A DNA stretch of 64,000 bases from Squalus acanthias. Its lineage: Eukaryota. The position numbers and the translations under genes are program-made. The notes below the pieces were generated by a model, which saw nothing but the letters and a program-made list of their open reading frames with translations, did not search any database and was not told the DNA's origin. The stretch covers positions 80,230,001-80,294,000 of the forward strand of contig CM059432.1 of the NCBI GenBank assembly GCA_030390025.1. Reading direction: 5' to 3'. Positions within the stretch are counted from its first letter, which is position 1. Each line of letters starts with the position of its first letter. Positions 49,789 through 60,179 of this stretch are shown one piece after another.

Positions 49789-51510
49789 GTGGCTAAAGTA
49801 AATGTTGGTCCCTTAGAGGATGAGACCGGGAAATTAATGGTGGGAAATATGGAGATGGCAAATACACTGAATGAATATTTTGTATCAGTCTTTACAGTAG
49901 AGGACACCAAGAATATCCCAACACTGGACAAACAGGGGGCTATAGGGGGGGAGGAGCTAAACACAATCAAAATCACTAAGGAAGTGGTACTCGGTAAAAT
50001 AATGGGACTCAAGGCGGATAAATCACCTGGACCTGATGGCTTACATCCTAGGGTCTTGAGGGAAGTGGCGGTAGGGATTGTGGATGCATTGGTAATAATT
50101 TTCCAAAACTCCCTGGACTCAGCAAAGATCCCGGCAGACTGGAAAACTGCTAATGTAACACCCTTATTTAAAAAGGGCAGTAGACAGAAGGCTGGAAACT
50201 ATAGACCGGTTAGCCTAACATCTGTGGTAGGTAAAATTTTGGAGTCCATTATTAAGGAGACAGTAATGGGACATTTGGATAATCATAATTTAATAGGACA
50301 AAGTCAGCATGGTTTTATGAAGGGGAAGTCATGTTTGACAAATTTGCTGGAGTTCTTTGAGGAAGTAACATACAGGGTGGATAAAGGGGAACCAGTGGAT
50401 GTGGTGTATTTAGACTTCCAAAAGGCATTTGACAAGGTGCCACACAAAAGATTATTGCTTAAGATAAAAAATCACGGGATTGGAGGTAATATTCTGGCAT
50501 GGATAGAGGATTGGCTATCTAACAGAAGGCAGAGAGTTGGGATAAATGGTTCATTCTCAGACTGGCAATCAGTAACTAGTGGTGTTCCGCAGGGGTCAGT
50601 GCTGGGTCCCCAACTCTTTACAATCTATATTAACGATTTGGAGGAGGGGACCGAGTGTAACATATCAAAGTTTGCAGATGATACTAAGATGGGAGGGAAA
50701 GTAGTGAGTGAGGAGGACATAACAAATCTGCAAGGGGACATAGACAGGCTAAGTAAGTGGGCAGAGATTTGGCAGATGGAATACAATACTGGAAAGTGTG
50801 AGGTTATGCACTTTGGCAGGAAAAATAGTAGAGCAAGTTATTATCTTAATGGCAAGAAACTGGAAAGTACTGAAGTACAAAGGGATCTGGGGGTCCTGGT
50901 GCACGAAACTCAAAAGGTTAGTATGCAGGTGCAGCAAGTGATTAAGAAGGCCAATGGAATGTTGGCTTTCATTGCTAGGGGGATAGAATATAAAAATAGG
51001 GAGGTATTGCTTCAGTTGTACAAGGTATTGGTGAGACCGCACCTGGAATACTGCATACAGTTTTGGTGTCCATACTTAAGAAAAGATATACTTGCTCTCG
51101 AGTCAGTACAGAGAAGGTTCACTCGGTTAATCCCGGGGATGAGGGGATGGACATATGAGGAGAGGTTGGGTAGATTGGGACTCTACTCATTGGAGTTCAG
51201 AAGAATGAGAGGCGATCTTATTGAAACATATAAGATTGTGAAGGGGTTGGATCGGGTGGATGCGGGGAGGATGTTCCCGATGATGGGTGAAACTAGAACT
51301 AGGGGGCATAGTCTTAGAATAAGGGGCTGCTCTTTCAAAACTGAGATGAGAAGGAACTACTTCACTCAGAGGGTGGTAGGTCCATGGAATATGCTGCCCC
51401 AAAAAGCTGTAGAAGCTACATCATTACATAAATTTAAAACAGAAATAGACAGTTTCCTAGAAGTAAAGGGAATTAAGGGTTACGGGGAGCGAACAGGAAT
51501 TTGGACATGA
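49789..51510 (+). CDS. CR1 ORF2 reverse-transcriptase portion (uninterrupted, 573 aa, N-terminally disconnected)
   Basis: [43 protein letters not shown]. Confidence 0.85.
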   Translation: MAKVNVGPLEDETGKLMVGNMEMANTLNEYFVSVFTVEDTKNIPTLDKQGAIGGEELNTIKITKEVVLGKIMGLKADKSPGPDGLHPRVLREVAVGIVDALVIIFQNSLDSAKIPADWKTANVTPLFKKGSRQKAGNYRPVSLTSVVGKILESIIKETVMGHLDNHNLIGQSQHGFMKGKSCLTNLLEFFEEVTYRVDKGEPVDVVYLDFQKAFDKVPHKRLLLKIKNHGIGGNILAWIEDWLSNRRQRVGINGSFSDWQSVTSGVPQGSVLGPQLFTIYINDLEEGTECNISKFADDTKMGGKVVSEEDITNLQGDIDRLSKWAEIWQMEYNTGKCEVMHFGRKNSRASYYLNGKKLESTEVQRDLGVLVHETQKVSMQVQQVIKKANGMLAFIARGIEYKNREVLLQLYKVLVRPHLEYCIQFWCPYLRKDILALESVQRRFTRLIPGMRGWTYEERLGRLGLYSLEFRRMRGDLIETYKIVKGLDRVDAGRMFPMMGETRTRGHSLRIRGCSFKTEMRRNYFTQRVVGPWNMLPQKAVEATSLHKFKTEIDSFLEVKGIKGYGERTGIWT

Positions 51511-52379
51511 GTCTAGGTTCGGATCGGTCATGGCCCTGTGGGTAGCGTAGCGGGCCCAGGGGCCGTGTAGCCTGATCCTGCTCCTATTTCGTGTGTCCAA
51601 TTCTGTTAGGTTCAGGAGATGGTTCTGTGATAGTAGATTGGCGGTTAGGATCAGATCAGCCATGATCTTATTGAATGGCGGAGCAGGCTCGAGGGGCCAA
51701 TTGGCCTACTCCTGCTCCTATTTCTTATGTTCTTATGTAAGGAAACCCTGCCACTGGGTGAAAGCTGTACACTCTGTCCAGCTGATGCCTCCTTTCTGCA
51801 AACATAGTGGTTGTCATTTGCTTGATATATGTGTGCACTGTGGACTGCTTGACTCTGGCAGATGTCCCTGGGGTGACATGGAAGGATCCAGAAGCACAAA
51901 AGTTTCATATTGTGGAAACTTTCACTTCTGCAGGAAGAACCATCTCTGATCCAGATGTGTGCAGGTGATTATGCAGCAAATGGTACAACTGTGGCAGCCT
52001 GTCTTGTGAGGTGAAGACTGGTCTCGTTTGACATGTTCAGATACATGTGGAGGAGTCTATAAACATGAGCCCTAGGGTAGTGATGTGCATGACCAAACTG
52101 CCTCATGTTTGTCCCCAACTGTTTCAATTCAGCAGCACGTTTGGAACCCCTCTTAGCTGCTTGCTTTGACATCATGCCTTGCAAACAAGAATAATTAAGC
52201 AAAGTATTGATGGGGAATGGAGAATTGTGGGCAGTGCGTGCCTGAATTTCTGGTATGTGATCCCAGTGAATGAGACACTCAATCAGCAGCATTTCCACTG
52301 TAGTTTGAATAGCTGGGGTGGTGGTGGGCAGTAAATCCAGTGAGATGGCTCTTAAAGGGCTTTCTTGCTGGTAAGGTCA

Positions 52380-52617
52380 ATGGAAGCAAGGAGGAACGCA
52401 GGGAAAACTTTCCCTTTTGAGGGTGATACATTGGTCCAGCTGCAAAATGTGCTTCAAAGGATGGTAACTGTTTGGAGGGAAGGTCACACTCCTGTCAAAA
52501 GCAGGGGTTAAAGCTGCTTGGATGGAGGTAAGTGCGAGAATGAATGGAGTTTTCCAGTGCTGTTGGACCTGCGAACAAATGAGAGACATGTTTTTTCGTA
52601 TCAGAAGGAGTACCAAG
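52380..52617 (+). pseudogene. Harbinger Myb/SANT-like DNA-binding ORF, first exon remnant
   Basis: KAAWMEVSARMNGVFQCCWTCEQMRDMFFRIRRSTK followed by GT; head-to-head with the transposase. Confidence 0.65.
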
Positions 52618-52636
52618 GTTTCATTGGTTTAGTGGT

Positions 52637-53112
52637 GGGGCATAATTCACATGGCACAAGCCAAAATTGTGAACTGCAACACACCCAGGGAGGTAGTATG
52701 CAAAACATGGGTACAAACTTTTCTCCTCTTCAACATGCCCTAACGTGAGCTGCTGTGACATCAACAAGCTGTCTAAGCAACCAATCACAATGCAGAATTC
52801 TCACAGAACGAGAACCAGGAAGTGAGTAAGCTCCTTTGATTCTAACTTTTTAAAAATGTTACAGGGAGCAAAACAAATGATTGGGACTGTCACCTGGGGA
52901 AAAGGTAAACCTGAAATAAAGATGAACAAACTTTTTTAAAAAACTATAAAAATGTTTTTTAAGTTTCTTAAAAATTGTAATTTTTATTAAAATGGATAAA
53001 TTTGACACTCCACAAAATTAAAATTAGTTTTTCAGGGCTATAACGTTTGTTTAGCAGTCAATACGCAGTTAAAACCCCAATTACACATAATCCAACAAGG
53101 TTTAACATCTAA
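52637..53112 (+). mobile_element. Harbinger-type MITE, family B copy 4 (truncated)
   Basis: GGGGCATAATTC start and colinear with 8550-8895; right half not found. Confidence 0.65.
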
Positions 53113-53411
53113 TGAGTCTGGGTGGGGTAGAAGAACAAAGGGATCTCAGAGTACAAATACACAAATCACTAAAAGTTGCGACAAAGGTCTTAAAGCAAGG
53201 CCATAAAAAAAAGCAAACCAAGCACTCGGGTTTACTTCTAGAGGTAGAGAATTGAACAGTAGGGAAGTTATGCTAAACCTGTATCGAACCTTGGTTAGAC
53301 CACACTTCGAGTACTACGTACAGTTCTGGTCACCATATTATAAAAAGGATATAGAGGTACGGGAGAGGGTGCAGAGAAGATTTACAAGGATGATACCAGA
53401 AATGCGAGGGT

Positions 53412-56400
53412 ATTTTTTTAAAATTCGTTTATGGGATGTGGGCGTCGCTGGCAAGGCCAGCATTTATTGCCTATCCCTAATGGCCCTTGAGAAGGTGGTG
53501 GTGAGCCGCCGCCTTGAACCGCTGCAGTCCGTGTGGTGAAGGTACTCCCACAGTGCTGTTAGGTAGGGAGTTCCAGGATTTTGACCCAGCGACGATGAAG
53601 ATTCGGCGATATACTTCTAAGTCAGGATGGTGTGTGACTTGGAGGGGAACTTGGAGGTGGTGGTGTTCCCATGCTCCTGCTGCCCTTGTCCTTCTAGGTG
53701 GAAGAGGTCGTGGGTTTGGGAGGTGCTGCCGAAGAAGCCTTGGCAAGTTGCTGCAGTGTATCTTGTAGATGGTACACACTGCAGCTACAGTACGCCAGTG
53801 GTGGAGGGAGTGAATGTTTAAGGTGGTGGATGGGGTGCCAATCAAGCGGCTGCTTTGTCCTGGATGGTGTCGAGCTTCTTGAGTGTTGTTGGAGCTGCAC
53901 TCATCCAGGCAAGTGGAGAGTATTCAATCACACTCCTTACTTGTGCCTTGTAGATGGTGGAAAGGCTTTGGGGAGTCAGGAGGTGAGACTCTTTGCAGAA
54001 TACCTAGCCTCTGACCTGCTCTTGTTGCCACAGTATTTATGTGGCTGGTCCAATTAAGTTTCTGGTCAATGGTGACCCCCCAGGATGTTGATGGTGGGGG
54101 ATTCAGCGATGGTAATGCCGTTGAATGTCAAGGGGAGGTGGTTAGACTCTCGCTTGTCGGAGATAGTCATTGCCTGGCACTTCTGTGGCGCGAATGTTAC
54201 CTGCCACTTATCAGCCCAAGTCTGAACGTCATCCAGGTCTTGTTGCATGCGGTCATGGACTGCTTCATTATCTGAGGGGTTGTGAATGGCGCTGAACACT
54301 GTGCAGTCATCAGCAAACATTTCCATTTCTGACCTTCTGTTGGAGGGAAGGTCATTGATGAAGCAGCTGAAGATGGTTGGGCCTAGGACACTGCCCATAG
54401 GAACTCCTGCAGCGATGTCCTGGGGCTATGATGATTGACCTTCAACCACCACAACCGTCTTCCTTTGTGCTAGGTATGACTCCAGCCAGGGGAGCGTTTC
54501 CCCCCCCGCCCCCCCCGATTCCCATTGACTTCAGTTTTACGAGGGCTCCTTGATGCCACACTCGGTCAAATGCTGCCTTGATGTCAAGGGCAGTTACTCT
54601 CACCTCACCTCTGGAATTCAGCTCCTTTGTCCATGTTTGGACCAAGGCTGTAATGAGGTCGGGAGCCAAGTGGTCTTGGCGGAACCCAAACTTGGCATCA
54701 GTGAGCAGGTTTTTGGTGAGTAAGTGCCACTTGATAGCACTGTCGATGACACCTTCCATCACTTTGCTGATGATTGAGAGTAGACTGATGGGGCGGTAAT
54801 TGGCCGGGTTGGATTTGTCCTGCTTTTTATGGACAGGACATACCTGGGCAATTTTCCACATTGTTGGATAGATGCCAGTGTTGTAGCTGTACTGGAACAG
54901 CTTGGCTAGAGGCGCGGCTAGTTCTGGAGCACAAGTCTTCAGCACGATAGCCAGGTTGCTGTCGGGGCCCATAGCCTTTGCTGTATCCAGTGCGCTCAGC
55001 CGTTTCTTGATATCACGTGGAGTGAATCGAATTGTCTGAAGACTGGCTTCTGTGATGGTGGGACCTCAGGAGTAGGCCGATATGGATCATCCACTCGGCA
55101 TTTCTGGCTGAAGGTGGTTGCAAATGCTTCAGCCTTGTCTTTTGCACTCGTGCTGGGCTCCACCATCATTGAGGATGGGGATATTCATGGAGCCTTCTCC
55201 TCCCGTTAGTTGTTTAATGGTCCACCACCATTCACGACTGGATGTGGCAGGACTGCAGTGCTTTGATCTGATCCGTTGCTTGTGGGATCACTTAGCCCTG
55301 TCTATAGCATGCTGCTTCCGCTTTTTAGCACGCATGTAGTCCTGTGTTGCAGCTTCCCCAGGTTGACACCTCATTTTTAGGTATGCCTGGTGCTGCTCCT
55401 GCATGCTCTTCTACCCTCCTTATTGAAACAGGGTTGGTCCCCTGGCTTGGTGGTAATGGTAGAGTGAGGGATATGCCGGGCCATGAGGTTACAGATTGTG
55501 GTGGAATACAATTCTGCTGCTGCTGATGGCCCACAGCGCCTCATGATGCCCAGTTATGAGCTGCTAGATCTGTTCTGAATCTATCCCATTTAGCACGGTG
55601 GTAGTGCCACACAACACGATGGAGGGTGTCCTCAGTGTGAAGACGGGACTTCGTCTCCACAATGACTGTGCGGTGGTCACTTCTACCAATACTGTCATGG
55701 ACAGATGCATCTGCGACAGGTAGATTGGTGAGGACGAGGTCAAGTAGGTTTTTCCCTCGTGTTGGTTCTCTCACCACCTGTCGCAGGCCCAGACTGGCAG
55801 TTATGTCCTTCAGGACTCGGCCAGTAGTGGTGCTACCGAGCCACTCCTGGTGATGGACATTGAAATCCCCCACCCAGAGTACATTCTGTGCCCTTGCTAC
55901 TCTCAGTGCTTCTTCCAAGTGGTGTTCAACATGGAGGAGTACTGATTCATCAGCTGAGGGAGGGCGGTAGGTGGTAATCAGCAGGAGGTTTCCTTGCCCA
56001 TGCTTGACCTGCAGCCATGAAACTTCATGGGGTCTGGAGTCAATGTTGAGGACTCCCAGGGCCACTCCTTCCCGACTGCATACCACTGTGCCGCCACCCC
56101 AGGTGGGTCTGTCATGCCGGTGGGACAGGACATACCCAGGGATGGTGATGGAGGAGTTTGGGACATTGGCTGAAAGGTATAATTCTGTGAGTATGACTAT
56201 GTCAGGCTGTTGCTTGACTAGTCTGTGGGACAGCTCTCCCAATTTTGGCACAAGTCCCCAGATGTTGGTGAGGAGGACTTTGCAGGGTCGACTGGGCTGG
56301 GTATGCCGTTGCCGTGTCCGTAGCCGGTGCTGAGGTTGATGCCAGGTGGTCCGTCCGGTTTCACTCTTAATAGCCCGGATTTTCCGATTGGAGGCTTCCT

Positions 56401-57422
56401 GCGTGCGGATGCCTCCGATCGGGAAAAATCTACGAATTTACCTGCTGGCTCTGCAGGTCCCGACACTTATGCTCCTGGGCCTCTCCTGGTCGCGCGCGCA
56501 GAGGCCCAGGTATCCCAGGGGCGCAGGCAGTTCGCAAGCGTTCCTGGGATCACGTGGGCCATAGGGAACCAATCAAAGAAGGGAATCCCCTTCACACTTT
56601 TGATAGGTTTCTCTGCATATATCTGTCAAAAGTATGAATGGGGATCACTCAAAAAACAGTTAAATATTAAATAATTTTTTTTCAAATCACGTATTTAAAA
56701 TTAGTTAAAATGACATTAAATTATAAATTTTAAACAAAAATTTAATTTTTTGAAAAAAATAATTAAAGTTTTTTCTGGGGCTAAAAATAAACATAATTTT
56801 TTTTCACTTATTTATAATTTAAAAATATTTTTTTAACTTTTTTAAACTCTTTTGCTGGTAAAAGCAGGCATAAGATTTTTAAAGGTTTTCAGGGGCGGAG
56901 ATTGTGCAGAAAGTGGAACTCTCTGTCCGCGGAGGCCCATCTCCCGGCAGGTGGAGGATCTGCCAAGAGAATTCTTGACAGATTCGAAGTGCCGGTTTTC
57001 AGTGCATGTGCTTTGCATGCCTGAAACCGACACTTGCAAGGCCCCTACAGGTGTGTACACAGCTTGTACGTGGTGGTCGGAAAATACAGGCCACGATGTT
57101 TCGTAGCGGTTAGTTACAACTGAGTGACTTGCTAGGCCATTTCAGAGGGCAGTTAAGAGTCAACCACATCGCTGTGGGTCTGGAGTCACAGATAGGCCAG
57201 GCGGCAGATTTTCTTCCCTAAAGGACATTAGTGAACCAGATGGGTTTTTACGACAATCTGATAGTTTCATGGTTACAATTACTGATACTGGCTTTTTATT
57301 CCAGATTTATTTAATTAACTGAATTTAAATTCCCCAGCTGCTGTGGTGGGATTTGAACTCACCTGAATCATTAGTCCAGAATGGATTACTAGCCCAGTGA
57401 CATTACCACTACGCTGCCGTTC
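53412..57422 (-). mobile_element. tRNA-headed single-ORF LINE, copy 2 (contains family A MITE)
   Basis: Same GAACGG start, A box CAGCGTAGTGG, B box GTTCAAATCC, APE ORF 55541-56251, RT ORFs, and the same 3' end as copy 1. Confidence 0.9.
56372..57092 (-). mobile_element. Harbinger-type MITE, family A copy 4 (diverged subfamily)
   Basis: TIR AGCCCGGATTTTCCGA / TCGGAAAATACAGGCC; shared internal hairpins; TSD not clean. Confidence 0.75.
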
Positions 57423-57579
57423 ATATCAGGAAAGGTCTCTTTTCTCTTGAAAAAAGAAGGCTGAGGGGTGACCTAACAGAGGTCTTTAAAATTATGAAAA
57501 ATTTTGATAGAGTGATAGAGAGAGAATAGAGTTATACAGCACAGAAAGAGGCCCTTCGGCCCATCGTGTCCGCGCCGGC

Positions 57580-60179
57580 TAGGGTTGCAAAATTCCAGGA
57601 ATTTTTAAAAGAGGAAACTTTCCATGGGAATTTTCAGGAATTTATGGGAATTTTGGGAATTTATGGGAATTTATGGGAATTTTGAGGTTTTTTGCACACT
57701 GATGGTTCTTGTCTCTGACCCTTATATTATCTTTGTCATCAAAATAGACATACTGTTCCATACAAATAAAAACAGGCTTTCAGAACTTTATTTAGGTTAT
57801 AATTTTCGAACTTTATTGAACCCCCACAAAAAAGACCCATCTAAAATAAAATAAAAAGAGCGTCAGCATATTTAGCCTGTAATTTGTTCTTATTTTGTCC
57901 CTTTGAGTCTTCTACTCATCATTGCTCCTCCTGATTCTCTGACTCTGGCTCTGACGTGTCCATTTCCTCCTCTGTGTCACTGTCTAGCTGTGTGATGGAC
58001 ACTTCTGTATCTGGCTCAATAAGTTGTAGGTTCGCCCGGATAGCCACCAGTTTCTCCACTCTCTTGTTAGTCAAACTGTTGCACACCTTTGTATGCGTAT
58101 TCCCAAAAAATGACCAGTTTCGTTCAGAGGCCGCTGATGAAGGTGGGATTTGGAGTATCACCGATGCAATGGGTGACAGGGCCTCAGATGCACAAAGTCC
58201 CTTCCACCAGGTATGTGCACTGATATGCTTGCATGATTCCCATATTCCGTCCCCATTCCAAAGACCTTGCTTGGTAGAGAACTTTGCCAGACTTCCCAGA
58301 ACTTTGCCCACGTCCAGATTGAGGTGGCGTGAGAGGGTAGAAATCACACTGTAAGCGCTGTTGATCTGTTCTCCAGAAAGTATTGGTCTCCCAACATGCT
58401 TTGGGTCCAGCATATATGCAGCAGCATGAATCGGCTTGACACAAAATTCTTGACGCATCTGTATGAATTGAACAATTGCCTTCTCCTCTGCTTTGAGCAG
58501 TAGGGATGTGGGTAGGGCAATGCTGATTTGTTCTTTTAAATCAGCAAAAAGCCTGAGAACATCTGACAAGACAGCTTCATCTCCTTCAATCTGAGCAATT
58601 GCAGATGCTGCTGGTGAGAGTAGTTTAAGGCTGCTAACCACTCTCTCCCAAAACACATCATCTAGCAGTATTTTCTTGATGGTGGTTTCCATATCCCCAG
58701 ACTGGGATATTGCCATTTCTTGCAGTGACTCCTTACCCTCCAGAAGGTTGTTGTACATTATGACAACGCCACCCCATCTAGTGTTGCTGGGCAGCTTCAG
58801 TGTGGTGTTCTTGTTCTTTGTTGTTTGCTTGGAGTTGTAGGTTGCTGCAACTACCTGTTTTCCCCTGATAGACTTAACAACTTGCTTGGCTCTCTTGTAC
58901 AGTGTTTCCATGGTTCTCAAACCCATGATGTCCTTGAGGAGCAGGTTGAGCCCATGAGCTGCGCACCCAATGGATGTAATATGAGGGTAGGCCTCCTCCA
59001 CTTGAGCCCAAGCAGCCTTCATATTCGCAGCATTGTCAGTAACTACTGCAAAGACCTTTTGTGATCCAAGATCGTAGATGACCGCTTTCAGCTCATCAGC
59101 AATGTATGTGCCTGTGTGTCTGTTGTCCTTCGTGTCTGTGCTCTTGAAGAACACTGGGAGAGGAGTGGAGACGATGTAGTTTATGATGCCCTCCCCTCGT
59201 ACATTTGACCACCCATCTGAGATAACTGCAACACAGTCTGCCATCTCTATTGTTTCTCTGAGCTTTCCTTGGACTCTGTTATACTCAGCCTCCAGCAAAT
59301 AAGTAGACAAAGCATATCTGGTGGGAGGACAGTATGCAGGGCGAATAACATTGAAAAATCTCTTCCAGTACACATTGGCTGTGAGCATGAGGGGTGAGCC
59401 TGTCGCATATACAGCTCGAGCAAGGCACTCATTTGCATTCTTCTGGCTATGGTTATCCATTGTATCAAAGAACCTTCCAAGTGGGCCAGGATAAGGAGCC
59501 TGATGCTGAATGTGAACCATCATCTTCTTGAATGGAAGCAGAGGAACTCTGGGCTGACTGCTGTGAGCTTTGAGTGAAGTTGTTGCATTTGGATAAATGC
59601 TGCTGCATCTTTGTGGCATTCTTTACATATGGCTTTGTACAGTGTTTGCACATGTACACAGTCTTTCCATCTTTAATGCCTGGGGTAAAATGCTTCCACA
59701 CATGCGACGGTAAACGTGGCATTGTTCTATGCAGAGAAATAAAGAGCATTCGTCTCTGTGTCGAACTGCGGTCGATCAGCACGATTGCAACAGGCCAGGG
59801 TGAGTAAATTTTTCTTGATGCTCCATGTGATGGAAGCATGACCTGTGCACGCACGACGCTACATCACCAATAGAGGGAGCTAATCGCTCATCCACTCATC
59901 CAACCAATCAGGACACATTTGTTCACAGTCACACACAAAACTTGTAATTATTAAAACAAGCCAAGTAAGAAGATAAACATATATTGATTAAGAAATTCCT
60001 TAATAATTAAGATTCCATCTCTGTTAGTAATTTTAAGAGAGGACCTGTGAAAAAAAAAGAAAGACAAAAAAAACCAATATTATGTTAGCATGTGCTTTTT
60101 TGGGCAAAATTCCCAAAATTCCCAAGCTAAACTTCCCGTGGAAAATTTCCGGAAATTTCCCGGAAACTTTGCAACCCTA
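57580..60179 (-). mobile_element. Full-length hAT DNA transposon (2,600 bp)
   Basis: TIR TAGGGTTGCAAA at both ends; 8-bp TSD GCGCCGGC / GTGCCGGC; subterminal GGGAATTTAT-type repeats at 57625-57682. Confidence 0.95.
57919..59722 (-). pseudogene. hAT transposase (BED finger, DDE core, dimerisation domain) with a single frameshift
   Basis: BED finger VWKHF..CKHC..HLSKC from the ATG at 59722; SDGWS, VTDNAANM, CAAH and SAASERNWS in another frame. The 1804-nt span equals 3n+1. Confidence 0.88.

Larger units (their letters stand above)
47165..51737 (+). mobile_element. Relatively young CR1 (end of ORF1, ORF2) with two internal insertions
   Basis: APE ORF 47864-48823 and RT ORF 49789-51510; AAGGA at both junctions with the host Harbinger. 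Confidence 0.92.
46865..52175 (-). pseudogene. Harbinger DDE transposase pseudogene (two halves: 51738-52175 and 46865-47164)
   Basis: YPRAHVYR..YLNMS, LPAEVKV, ASGSF, AGFP before the CR1; FVNRMSLHSL, SSHDAFI, GWLLGE*GRPLQPWLLT after it. Confidence 0.85.
46376..52620. mobile_element. Relic of an autonomous PIF/Harbinger transposon (transposase plus Myb/SANT gene), split by CR1
   Basis: TIR-like GAGGGAAATTTTAAC at 46376, with divergent transposase and Myb remnants; right end not found. Confidence 0.65.

Noticed and set aside
57919..59619. Domesticated ZBED-type host gene
   Set aside because: It retains TIRs and TSD, sits inside a LINE, and the BED finger is out of frame.
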